Below are positions 50,700 to 61,604 of a stretch of DNA of 64,000 nt, one piece after another. The translations under genes and the position numbers were made by a program. Origin of the DNA: Chloropicon primus. Taxonomy: Eukaryota. Below the pieces are notes generated by a model. It did not search any database and had not been told where the DNA came from. It saw only the letters and a list, made by a program, of their open reading frames with translations. Numbering within the stretch: position 1 is the stretch's first letter; every line of letters begins with the position of its first letter. Where the stretch lies: NCBI GenBank assembly GCA_023205875.1, contig CP060757.1:62001-126000 (forward strand). The letters run 5' to 3'.

Positions 50700-53330
50700 G
50701 GAACCCTTCTTCTTCAGCTCCAGAGATTTCCATAAATATATCTAGTGCGTCTTTTGTTTTTTAGGACCAACCTCGCAAACCGTTGCCGCTCCGTTCTCTT
50801 GCTGCCCGCTTTTGTCGTAGCCCCGTATGAACAGCAGAACATTGGAAACAGATCGCACTCCACGACAAGGGCCAACCAAGTGAGAAGAGCAGTTATTCCG
50901 GGATACAAGATAAAATAGAAGCGATCCGCAAGGCAATGTCTGAACACCATTCAACTTGGTGGCAGCAACGAAGAAGGCCATGGCTTGGTATGGACCAATG
51001 AAACTGCAGATTACGATAAACATGTAGTCTCCCTGCATAAATCGACGTGGTATGGCAAAACTAAACACAAGTTGTGTGGAGAAAGATTGTCAATTCCAGT
51101 CCTACTTCCATGTATCCTTGTCTTCGGTGCAGCTTTCCGTTACGAAAGTGAAAACAAATTTGACCGTGCTTCCTGTTATGAAAAGCGAGTTCAATCCTCT
51201 CCAACAATGCCTTTTCGTCTTTTTCTCTTTCATTTTATGATATTGCTAGATGTTATCTCTGACTTACTTACTTGAACTACAAGTACTTGCACTACTAGTC
51301 TTCCAAAAAAAAAGATTAAAAAGGTTTGTGTAACAATAACAAGCTTATTCATTTGCATTCCTATGCAAAATAATGTTACGATGTAATCAAAAACGCACAA
51401 ATCATTGACAGAGCAAACATATTTTGAAACTCTTCAATCTCTGTCCCCACTCCTGCATTATGCGAAAATACCATATTCAAATAAATCTCGCTCGCGTTTG
51501 GTAATTGGCACGACAAATAAAATATATGACGCGGCCTAACGATATGCACGGCTTACGTTTACTTCGGCTTGTAAATCCCAAAAGCGAGCTTCACGAAAAA
51601 AATTGAAGACAGTGGTAATGCTCCATCTGAACCAATAGCTACACAAATAATGATGTGAACACAAACCATGTAAAAAAAAAATACATCATTTTTGTTTCAA
51701 ATCGTAAATGCCCAAAGAACAGATGAAAGTCATGCGAAGCTTAAAACGTACCCTGATATATCAGTACTTAACAAATAATGTATGGTTTAAGTTGTATCGA
51801 AAGATTTCTAATATGTGTCTTCAAAAATATGTGCTTGGAAAGATGATCTCCGACCTTTGCTTGCATGGGAAAAAAAACTTATTGATCATATATTCTTGCT
51901 TTATTGACGAATACAAAATCGTGCTTGCCCACAATAAAATTTTCGGTAGAGATTTTCAGATCGCAACAGCATCCTCCAATTCAACAGCTTTGCTTGTATT
52001 AAAATATTGCGGGAAATTACCAAACGGTTTCCTAGTTTCGATTTTTTTCTTCGTATAATTAACGCACACACAACACATTTTGATGGCATATTACCGCCGT
52101 CCCGTCTTACATGTCAAAAACAAGCTCTGTTTCTTTATAGTTGCTATTATAAGACAAAAAAAATGTATTCGGCTTGCTCTTCTTGTTGGGTCTTAACGCT
52201 CTTTTTCTACTCGTTTTTCTTAAGCACAATGCATCTGGAAGAACATATATATATATACATTGATGTGGCGTGTGATTCAATATATAATGATGAAACTTAC
52301 AATTTTGAAGACATTGCTGATAATTGCCTCTTGTTATTATTTTTGAGAAGCTGAGGACTAACGTTGATACGATAAGACATATTGGTTTTTCAATAACACC
52401 TTTGCGATGGATACTTTTCCTATTACTTTGTATCATCACTTTGAAAAAATAGATAACCTGTCATTAAAGCTTTGCGTGTGCTTCATCCTGCCTCGACATG
52501 TCTTTTGAATTCTTTTCTTCTATCACCGTCACCCACAGTGACATACGAAAATAAGATATTGTCGAGCTTTATATGCACAAAAAGAAGTAAATATTTCAGC
52601 ACGGAGCGTTATATCCATTGGGCATACACATGCCAATTGAGCTCTTCGATTCTCAGATTATAACCAGCACGACGAGACACTCTTGTGGTGGAAGTAACAC
52701 TTTAAGCCTCAGTCACGAGAGTCTCCGTACTCCAAAGGCATCGGGTAATAATGACCGTGGTGACGCAATGCCAACTTCTTTACGTTGCTACATATTCTTG
52801 TTCTGCCTCGAAGGTCGAATGGAATGACATGCCAATATTTCATCGGTTTGTTTTATGTTTTATATTATGGTTTGCATGGACTTCTTTTCGTCTTCTTTTC
52901 ACTTCCATTATTGTGGGTGTATCTCATCTTATTTGGTTTATTTAGCAAGGCCTTGTTTCGCTCAATCCTTCTTGTGGTCCTGGTCTTTCCCGTGTACGTG
53001 TGTGTACACACCCCAATCGCTTCCTCTCCTTACTGGTCAGCACCTGTGTGTCATCATCACTTTGTCCCCAGGTTCGAAGTCTTCGCGTTCGTACTCCCGC
53101 AAGATCCTTGCGCCTTTGATATGGACATGTTTCGGGATTATCCACTCACTTGGGGAGCTCGACCCACAAGAACAAGAATATGAATTAGTTTTTAGGTTTA
53201 GACTTTAAACTTTACAGCAGGAAGCATTTTCCTTCTTCCCCTTTAAATTCTATTAGTATACTTTGTAGAGTCCCAAATTGCCCCATTCATTTTGTATATC
53301 CTCAGTAGGGTAACGCGACAATGGGAGACT
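50700..53330. other. AT-rich island lacking intact genes
   Basis: Hand-counted 60-bp lines are 25-43% GC, clearly below the GC-rich flanking genes. Only short, stop-rich ORFs; lacks the GA/CAT microsatellites of other spacers. Confidence 0.85.
50714..51233 (-). pseudogene. Possible decayed membrane-protein gene
   Basis: Frame from ATG 51233 has TAG (51102-51104) and TGA (51090-51092), then a hydrophobic run; a frameshift near 50952 leads into a second hydrophobic ORF. No family recognised. Confidence 0.3.
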
Positions 53331-53506
53331 AAAAAAATTCGGCGATCTTGGCGCGCCCAGCAGCGAGAGCACCTTTAATCGTATCGAAGGCTTTCGTGGC
53401 CAAGCACAGCCGTACCAATACGCAGGTCCTTCCAAACATGACTCTCAGGGGTTCGAGAACGACATAGTAAGGCGGCGAAGGGTTTAGAGACTTGCGAAGA
53501 AGAAGG

Positions 53507-56500
53507 ATGGACTCCCCAGGAAGAGACTTTTTGAAGAGGCTGAGTCTCCCTCTTGATTTCGTGAAACGCCACGTCAAGCGGGAATCCCTCGACCTTAGCA
53601 GCGTCGGGAACCATGAGAAGCAGCTTCAGCTCACCGAGTCAAACGAGGTCGTGGAAGTCTCGAACGACCTTGATACTTTCTATAGCGAGGATCGAATTGA
53701 CTCCTTTACGATACACAAGCTCGAGGGGAAGGCCGAGGGGACCGCAAAGGAAGCGCATACGATAAGGCGGCGTTTCAGCAAGGCGGGCCTCGGGAATGGG
53801 GAAGGCGCGTCAGCTTCGGGCGCGACGGAGCTCAAGGTGAAGGCCGAGGAAAAACTTGGGACGCTCATGGGAGTCTTTGTCCCTTGCCTACAGAATATCT
53901 TGGGTGTGATCCTGTTCATTCGTTTGAGCTGGATCGTGGGCCAGGCTGGGGTCTTGGGCTCCCTCGGGATCGTCGGGATGTGCTGTGCTTGCACCTTTCT
54001 CACGTCACTCTCGCTCAGTGCCATCGCAACGAACGGGCACATCAAGGGCGGTGGACCGTACTATCTGATTGGAAGGGCTTTGGGTCCGGAGCTTGGGGTC
54101 TCGGTTGGAATATGCTTTTACCTTGGAACCGCTGTAGCAGGTGCTATGTACATCCTTGGAGCAGTCGAGACGATCTTGGACATGGCTCCCCAGCTCAACA
54201 TAGCCACGGAGTCCGGAGCCACGGCAATCGCGAAGAACGACTACAGAATTTACGGCTTCATTCTGCTGTTCTTCGTGGTCTCCGTCGTCTTCGCAGGGAT
54301 GAAGCACCTCTCGAGACTCGCGCCTGCTTTCCTTGCTCCTGTGCTCCTGTCCGTCTTCTTCATTCTGGTGGGGATCTGGTCCTCGAACAGCAGGAACTTG
54401 GAGGGCGACGGGATATCGGGCATCAGCATGGCGAACCTCAAGGACAACTGGTCCCCGGAGTACTACGACACCGATGCGAACGGGTTCCCTGGCCACAGCA
54501 GCAAGTTCAAGACGGGGGCTTCCACCGTGCCTTGGAGCTTCCAGACACTCCTTGCATTGTTTTTCCCCTCTGTCACGGGGATCATGGCGGGAAGCAACAG
54601 GTCCGCTTCTTTGGAGAATGCTCAGAAGTCTATCCCGAAGGGAACCTTGGCTGCACAGCTCACGACCACGACGCTTTATCTGTCATTTGTCATTTGGTAT
54701 GGCGCCAGTGCAGCGAGGGACACCCTGCTGGACGAGCGTCTCTTGAGCGCGCGCATCTCTTGGCCTGCACCGGAGATCGTTTCGATTGGTATCATCCTTT
54801 CCACGGTTGGCGCCGCGCTCCAGTCGCTGACTGGAGCTCCCCGGCTGCTTCAAGCCATCGCGAACGACAGGATATTGCCTGGCCTGAACTTCCTGGCGAC
54901 GAAGAACGACGATGACGAGCCGACCATGTGCCTGCTGGTGACGTTCCTCGTCACGGGTGCGGCAATCTCCGCCGGTCAGTTGGACGTCATCACGCCCATC
55001 ATCACAATGTTCTTCCTCCTTTGTTATGCCGGGGTCAACTCGTCCTGCGCTCTGCTGGGCATGATGCAGGCACCGAACTGGCGCCCGAGGTGGAGGTACT
55101 ACCACTGGTTCCTTTCTGTGATCGGCCTGGTGCTGTGCTTCACGATTATGTGCCTGATAAGCCTTCCTTTCACCGGAGTCGCGGTCGTGCTTGTCATCAT
55201 CATTTACTACAGTGTGGCGTCCCGGCCGGACAAGGGGAGCAAGGATTGGGGGGACGGCTTGAGGTCCCTGAAATTCAACTTCGCGGTCCAAGGCATGCTG
55301 AGCCTTGACAGGATGATGAACAGGGTCATCACGGCCGCGGCGGAGTGGGGGAGCCCAATCAGCGTCCACCCCATGAACTGGTACCCGAATCCTCTCATCT
55401 TGTGCAGGCCGTGGGGACTGCTCAAGGAAGAGATCCCATGCCACCCCAAGCTCATCGAGTTTGCCAAGTTCCTCAAGCCCCCGGCGAAGAGGATAACTCT
55501 GGGTTCCCACGGCTTCACCATGATCGTGTCGATCCTGGAGGGAGACTACAGCCAGAGGTTCAGCACGGCAATCGCTGCCCAGAAGAAGCTGTGGCACCAC
55601 GTGCACGAGGAATCAAAGTTCAAAGGGTTTTGCGAGGTGATCGTGGCAAACTCGGTCATGGAAGGGTTCCGGCAGTTGATTCAGTCGGGGGGTCTTGGTG
55701 CGCTGAGGCCCAACATGCTTGTTCTCAGGTACCCAGAGAAGTGGCGGCAACTTGACAAGGAATCCATGGATTCTCCAGGGGCCAGCGAGGAGGCCGAAGG
55801 TACAGCAGATGGGGCTAGTACAAAGGGAATTCGGAAGACGTCGATCGCCCAGCAGTTTCAGAGCATTGTCTCGGATGCCCACACAGCGGGGAAGGCCATT
55901 GTGATCATCAAGGGCCTAGATAGCCTGCCGTGCGCAGGGGACCAAGAGGAAAAGGTGGACTCCCCAGCTTCGAGCACCCTGAGCGGCGGCGGCGCTGCGA
56001 ACGGGGTCGAAGTCTCCGCGGATGAGATCAAGATCGACATTCAGGGGGAGAAGGGCACGATCGACACGTACTGGATCGTGAACGACGGCGGTCTGATGCT
56101 GCTGGTGAGCACCCTCTTCAGGAAGCACAAGGTTTGGGGCAATTGCCACCTCCGCGTGTTCTGCCTGGCGACAAAGGAGCAGAACTTTCAGTTCCTGAGA
56201 AAGGAGCTGGAGGACCTCCTTTACGAGCTCCGCCTCAACGCCGAGGTCATCGTCCTGAACATCAACACCGAGTACAAAAAGTGCGACAGGGCGGAGCAGC
56301 AATCGATCATGGACAAAGCGAAAAAGGCAGAAGAGGATGCCGTTCGAATTGGGAAGCAGACGTGGAGCCCCGGAAAGCAAGCGGCGCTGCGAAACGTCCA
56401 GGCCCTGTCGGAAGAGACCTCCTCCAAGTTACCTTCCAAGCTGCACAGCGTCAACTCCGCCGACTCGAGCACCAGAAACCGTCTCAAGTCGAGGAACGAC

Positions 56501-56779
56501 ATCAAGCACAGCACCAGCGGAATCGTCCAGATCCCAAAGATAGAGGCGTACAACAAGAAGCACTATGACGATTTCGTCATGCTCTCTCTCAAGCTGAACG
56601 CCACAATCAAGAGGTACTCTAGGAACGCCAAGCTCGTTATGCTGAGCCTTCCACCACCGCCGCCGCCCCCGCACTCGGCCTACCACTACATGCAGTACAT
56701 CGACCTGCTCGTGGAGGACATCCCTCGTGTGTTGCTCGTGAGGGGATACAAGCAAGACGTTGTCACGGTCTTTTCCTAA
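53507..56779 (+). CDS. CCC1: Cation-chloride cotransporter (SLC12 family)
   Basis: 'KLGTLMGVFVPCLQNILGVILFIRLSWIVG', 'SAIATNG..KGGGPYYLIGRALGPE', 'FFPSVTGIMAGSNRS', 'APRLLQAIA', 'PNWRPRW', 'GTIDTYWIVNDGGLMLL', 'LLVRG...VVT'. Confidence 0.96.
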   Translation: MDSPGRDFLKRLSLPLDFVKRHVKRESLDLSSVGNHEKQLQLTESNEVVEVSNDLDTFYSEDRIDSFTIHKLEGKAEGTAKEAHTIRRRFSKAGLGNGEGASASGATELKVKAEEKLGTLMGVFVPCLQNILGVILFIRLSWIVGQAGVLGSLGIVGMCCACTFLTSLSLSAIATNGHIKGGGPYYLIGRALGPELGVSVGICFYLGTAVAGAMYILGAVETILDMAPQLNIATESGATAIAKNDYRIYGFILLFFVVSVVFAGMKHLSRLAPAFLAPVLLSVFFILVGIWSSNSRNLEGDGISGISMANLKDNWSPEYYDTDANGFPGHSSKFKTGASTVPWSFQTLLALFFPSVTGIMAGSNRSASLENAQKSIPKGTLAAQLTTTTLYLSFVIWYGASAARDTLLDERLLSARISWPAPEIVSIGIILSTVGAALQSLTGAPRLLQAIANDRILPGLNFLATKNDDDEPTMCLLVTFLVTGAAISAGQLDVITPIITMFFLLCYAGVNSSCALLGMMQAPNWRPRWRYYHWFLSVIGLVLCFTIMCLISLPFTGVAVVLVIIIYYSVASRPDKGSKDWGDGLRSLKFNFAVQGMLSLDRMMNRVITAAAEWGSPISVHPMNWYPNPLILCRPWGLLKEEIPCHPKLIEFAKFLKPPAKRITLGSHGFTMIVSILEGDYSQRFSTAIAAQKKLWHHVHEESKFKGFCEVIVANSVMEGFRQLIQSGGLGALRPNMLVLRYPEKWRQLDKESMDSPGASEEAEGTADGASTKGIRKTSIAQQFQSIVSDAHTAGKAIVIIKGLDSLPCAGDQEEKVDSPASSTLSGGGAANGVEVSADEIKIDIQGEKGTIDTYWIVNDGGLMLLVSTLFRKHKVWGNCHLRVFCLATKEQNFQFLRKELEDLLYELRLNAEVIVLNINTEYKKCDRAEQQSIMDKAKKAEEDAVRIGKQTWSPGKQAALRNVQALSEETSSKLPSKLHSVNSADSSTRNRLKSRNDIKHSTSGIVQIPKIEAYNKKHYDDFVMLSLKLNATIKRYSRNAKLVMLSLPPPPPPPHSAYHYMQYIDLLVEDIPRVLLVRGYKQDVVTVFS

Positions 56780-57016
56780 ACTTGTCCTCATTAATCGTAA
56801 TCTCCTAAACTCGCTGATCGATGCATGACATGACGCATATAAGCTCCTTTGCTCTGATCCCCTCCATCTTTGAATTTGGTTTTGGTTTTGGTTTTGGTTT
56901 TTTCTCGAAATCCGCGAGCGAGCGGCCGCCAAGCCGAGAGGAGAGCAGAGGAGCGCCGAGCATCGCATCGCATCGCATTGAAGACGACGTGCACGAGCAG
57001 ACGAAGAAATAAGACA

Positions 57017-58314
57017 ATGAGGATGGCGGGTTTGCCCATATTCTACGGCCAAGCAATCAAGCCAAAGCAGGAACTCCTTGTTGACCTCGAGTACGACGAG
57101 ATCGTCCACTTGACACAGGTCAGTCCGCTCTTTCCGAGCACTCGAGCGTGAGCAACGGCAAAAGGATTTGCTTCGCTATCGCTTCTGCTTCCGCTTTTGT
57201 GTGTGTGCGTGTGGGTTTTTTTTCGTCTCCGATTCCATGCTGACGGTTGGTTTGATGTGCTCGTCATTCGGTTGCCCTGGATGCAGTTCGCTCTCGGCGA
57301 AGGTGCCAAGGATGGAGAGCGCGTCATGGTGCTTGTGGAGAAGGACGAGGACACGCCACTTGTGTTGGGCACGCTCACGAGGGGAGTTTGCGATCAATTC
57401 AAGACCGACCTCATGGTCGGTGGTGGAGACCTCATCAGGTTCTCTCACACCGGTAAGAAGTGCGCGGTGCATGTCATGGGATTCAAGCAGGAGGACATCT
57501 TCGACAGCGACGACGAGGATGGGGATGACTTTGAGATGGAAGAGATGTTCGACGGGGAGCCAACTGAGGAAGAGGAGAAGAAGCTCAGGGCCAGCCTCAA
57601 GAAGAAGATGATGGAAGACCCTGACATCTCTTCTGACGACGACGACGATTCCGACGACAACATGGACTTCGACGAGGATGACCTTTCCGACTCCACCGAC
57701 GACGACAACGACGACGATGACGACGATGATTCTGACTCTGACTCGGATGATGAGCTTTACAAGACGCCTGAGATGATTCCGAACCCTGGGTATGACGACA
57801 GCGAGGACAGCGACGACAGCGCCAGTGACCCCACTGACAGCGACAGCGACAGCGAGGACAGCGATAGTAGCGACGAGGAGGACAAGCTGAAAAAGCAGAA
57901 GGGGAGAAAACGCGCGGACAGCACGCCGACAACTCCTAACAAGAGAGCCAAGGCTTCAGATAGTGCGCCTTCTTCTGCAGCAAGCACGCCAGGCAGGACA
58001 CCTGTGCTCGGAGACGCAAACAGTAAGTCCCTTCCCCCTCCCTCCCCTTCTCTCTGCCTGGGACCCCTTGCTGCTGCTTGCCGGCATACGATGGTGGTTG
58101 TGAACTGACGCGCCCGAAACTTTCGTTCTTTTTCCTGCTCGACACAGCCTACGAGACCGAACTGGTGAACTTTCTGAGAACAAATGGGTCGACTTCGATG
58201 GCAATCATTGGCACGAGGGTGAAGAAGCCGTCCGGTGTCCCCAAGCTGGGACAATTTATTGAAACGAGACCAACCATCTTCAAGAAGATGGGTGATAAGA
58301 TCGGCTTGGCTTAG
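57017..58314 (+). CDS. Nucleoplasmin-like (HD2/FKBP-NPL-type) acidic nuclear protein; exons 57017-57118, 57287-58022, 58148-58314
   Basis: NPL-type N-terminus 'FYGQAIKP...VHLTQFALG...LVLGTL...DQFKTDL...FSHTG...VHVMG', long D/E/S tract, basic NLS and a small C-terminal domain. Confidence 0.75.
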
Positions 58315-58509
58315 CATGGAGGGACTACTTGACACCTGCTCTACTTGTACAGTAGCCTTAACATTATTGCTCAAGGAAATGAAATACGTTCATAAAGACA
58401 CGCACCCGGTAAACAAGTTTCTTTTAAAAAAGAGAAAACGATTAACCTAGAGCGAAGCGCCGATGACGACTCGGCTGCCTCCCCCTCTCTCCTCTCTCCC
58501 TCGCCGCGC

Positions 58510-59175
58510 TCACGCCCAGAACTTTGGCTTCTTCTTCGAAGTCAAGTCGGAAGTGTCAATGTCGTTGATCTTTGCCGCCAAGATGAAGTCGTTCTCCGTG
58601 AGGCCCCCCACTGCGTGGGTGAAGATCTCCACAGTAACCTTGTTCCAGCCCACCAAGTGAAGGTCTGGGTGGTGGCCCTCTGCCTCCGCGACCTCTGCAA
58701 TGCGTTGGAAGAACTCCAAGCTCTTCACGAAGTTCTTGAACTTCCAGTCGCAGTTCAGCCTCAAGCTGTTCCCCTCAGCTTTCTCGAGCTTCCAACCCGG
58801 AACCTGCTTCCTGAGAAGGTCGGCCTCCGACTCCGTGAGGGCCTTGATGTCCTTGCCCTCGCAAGGAATGCACCTCTTCTTCGCCAGACCGATTATCTCC
58901 TTAATCTTCTCCGGTGGCTTCTTGATGTGCTCGGTGTCCGGGTTTCCCAAGGTATTCTCCGCGAAGTTCGTCTCGACCTCACCCGCGTACGCCTCCCTTG
59001 CGCCCTCCACCTTCTCCTGGAGACTTCCGCCTCCCTGCCCAAGGTCCCCTCCAGCCTTCATCGCCACAAGCCTTGGGTTCCTGGAACTCCTCACTCCGAC
59101 GCGTCCACCAAACGCCGTGCTCACTCCCCTCAACGCCGTGCTCCACTGCTTTCCCACCTGACTAATACTCCTCAT
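58510..59175 (-). CDS. Pterin-4a-carbinolamine dehydratase family protein, organelle-targeted (RAF2-like N/C motifs)
   Basis: 'CIPCE', 'EAEGHHPDLHLVGWNKV...THAVGGLTENDFILAAKIN'; transit-like N-terminus. Confidence 0.9.
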   Translation of the reverse strand: MRSISQVGKQWSTALRGVSTAFGGRVGVRSSRNPRLVAMKAGGDLGQGGGSLQEKVEGAREAYAGEVETNFAENTLGNPDTEHIKKPPEKIKEIIGLAKKRCIPCEGKDIKALTESEADLLRKQVPGWKLEKAEGNSLRLNCDWKFKNFVKSLEFFQRIAEVAEAEGHHPDLHLVGWNKVTVEIFTHAVGGLTENDFILAAKINDIDTSDLTSKKKPKFWA

Positions 59176-59483
59176 GACTCAACCGCCTCTCTCTCGCACA
59201 CGCACACGCGCACTCGCTCTCTTCGTCTGACAAACGTGCCGCCTCCTCGTCCTCGTTGGCCCTTTTTGCTTTGCTTTGCACCCCACGTAACATCGCATGA
59301 CCCTCATATGACGAACACGTGCGGGTCTCAGTAATTATAATTCCCCTTCTCCTGTTCTCACAAGGGATCGCCCCTTGACGTTGACGATGGATTCCAGTGG
59401 AGGAGTCAGGTCTGCAAGGAGGACACAGAGACAGAGACACAGAGGGAAGAGGAGGAGAGAGGCCAGGGTTGAGAGGAGAGGGG

Positions 59484-61506
59484 ATGGCGTCGGGTCAGTT
59501 GCTGGACAGGGGCAACAAGCCCATGCCTTGGGCCCACACCGCGAAGAAGTGCAAGAGCGGGGTCCTGGACCTCATACACAAAGTCAGCAAGGTAAAATGT
59601 TTGTGGGTTGGAGGCCTCTTGGGATGTGCAGGACACGCGAAAGGAGGGAAGAGGATGAATTGTGGAAACCCTCTAACGAGTAGCTGACACCTTGTCGACC
59701 TCTCTCACCTTTTTTTTCTTCCAAAGTTTGAGGAGCAGTCCTCCTTGTTCAAGAGCGCGGAGTACACCTCCTCGGGACCCACGAGGTACGCCTGCATTGC
59801 ATTGCCGCGGTGTCACACGCGCAGAACCACATTCTCTTGTGGACAATCACTGACTCGACAGACGCTTTGCCCCAAACCCCCGAATCAGGTCGATCTACCG
59901 GATCCACGAAAAGTATGCGGAGAGCTTGAACCGGGAGAAGAGGCTTAAAATCCTCTTGGTGTGGAGGAGCTATGCCAAGTCCAAGAAACAGTCGAGGCAA
60001 GCGAGCAAGAGCCTCCACTCCCTGAGGCAGCAGTTCAGGCTGAGGATGCTGTTCCTGAAGTGGCACTCTGTCGCAGTGAAGCAGCCCAAGATGATGATGG
60101 GGGCGTACAAGAGGCTTCAAAGGCGCGGGCACCACAGCCTGAGCGTCATTAGCGCCCAGTACGGTGCGTATGCCCACTACTGGCTCAGGGTTCTGCTCCT
60201 GAGCTGGAAGCGCCTCGTGTTCGATGCCCCGGGGGGCTTTCTGCTGCACAGGGAGACGAGGTTGCGCAGGCAGCAGAATTTCGGCAACGCCCTATTCACT
60301 TCGACCAAGCTGCTATCCCGCGCGTACGAGGTCCACGACAAGGAGACTCAGTGCACGCTTCGTAGCAGGGAGGAGACTGTGTACGACAAGAAGATACAAG
60401 AGCTGGACGCGGAAAGGGAGCAGGGGAAGATGGAGGAGGTGGAGCGAGTGAACAGAGAGAATGAGCTGAGGAGCCAGCTGGACCGGCTCAAGTCGGACTA
60501 CGAGGCCATGCAGGAGGAGATGCAAAGAGCACTGGAGCTGGAAAAGCAAAACTTGGCCGAGGCCCAAAAGCAAATTCAACGGCAGCAGAGGCTGCTATCC
60601 GTGAAGAGCTTTGCCACAGGGGACATGGAATCCCTGACGTCTGAGCTGAAGGGGATGAGGGAACAGGCCTTGACCTTCCCCATGATGTACGACTGCCCCG
60701 TCGTCGCTACGATCAACAACATTCATCAGATCGAGTTGAGGAACTTGGACAACACCCAAAAGCTCTTGCAGCCCATCTCCCACAGGATCTCGTCCTGCAA
60801 GCTTTGCGGGGAAACGCTCTTGGTGTACGAAAATGACAACGTCCTGATCAGCTTCGACTCCGAGAACCCGGCAAACTTGTTCGTCGTCGTTGGAGTCTTG
60901 ACCGAGCACATCCAAAGAAACAGGACGGACTCCACAGGGGCAACAATTTATTTGAACGTGTACCACCAACAGTCCAGACACGCCCAGAGTCAAGTGGAAG
61001 AGAAGCCGCTGGATGAGATCAAAGCGGCCAACCACAAGGTCGAGCTTCTCCTTTCCGATCACGCGGAAGAGAAGAAGACGATTGAGGATCTCATGAAAGA
61101 GAACAGCCAAGCTGAGCGACCCGCTATGATTAGTGCAAGGCAGCCATTGGTAGAGTTGGAAGAGAAGCCCAAGTTGTCCCTGGACCAGCAACTGAGGAAG
61201 AAGGAGGCAAAGGAAAAGCCTAAGTTGTCCCTGGACCAGCAACTGAGGAAGAAGGAGGCAAAGGAAAAGCCTAAGTTGTCCCTGGACCAGCAATTGAGAG
61301 AAGCGGAGCAAAGGAAAGAGTCCGAGAGTAGGCCAAGCAAGGACGATGCCGAGAACAGCCCTGCGTCCTTCCATCAGAAACTAATGCTATCGACCGGCAG
61401 TAGGAGCAAAAGCAAACCTAACGCGGATGAGGGAGCTTTGTTCAGCCGCCTGTCCATGAGTCACAGACCAAGTGAAGCCAATCTCGGTCTTATTGAGGAG
61501 CTATGA
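59484..61506 (+). CDS. Coiled-coil protein with Sfi1/POC5-like Trp repeats; exons 59484-59591, 59727-59785, 59889-61506
   Basis: GT-AG introns join exons in frame. Motifs LKILLVWRSYA, LRMLFLKWHSVA, LRVLLLSWKRLV precede a long coiled coil. Confidence 0.6.
61165..61303 (+). repeat. Coding 51-bp tandem repeat (~2.7 copies; KPKLSLDQQLRKKEAKE)
   Basis: Near-identical units start at 61165, 61216 and 61267. Confidence 0.95.
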
Positions 61507-61514
61507 CGCTTGCC

Positions 61515-61565
<51 letters not shown>

Positions 61566-61604
61566 TAAGAAAACTTTAATATACATAATATCATGTTCTT
61601 TACA

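Noticed and set aside
51708..52663. Short AT-rich ORFs inside the low-GC island as viral or organellar genes
   Set aside because: No recognisable motifs or rRNA/tRNA similarity; lengths are compatible with chance.
53037..53042. Cys-TGA pair suggesting a selenoprotein
   Set aside because: A second in-frame TGA follows, no SECIS was recognised and there is no redox-fold context.
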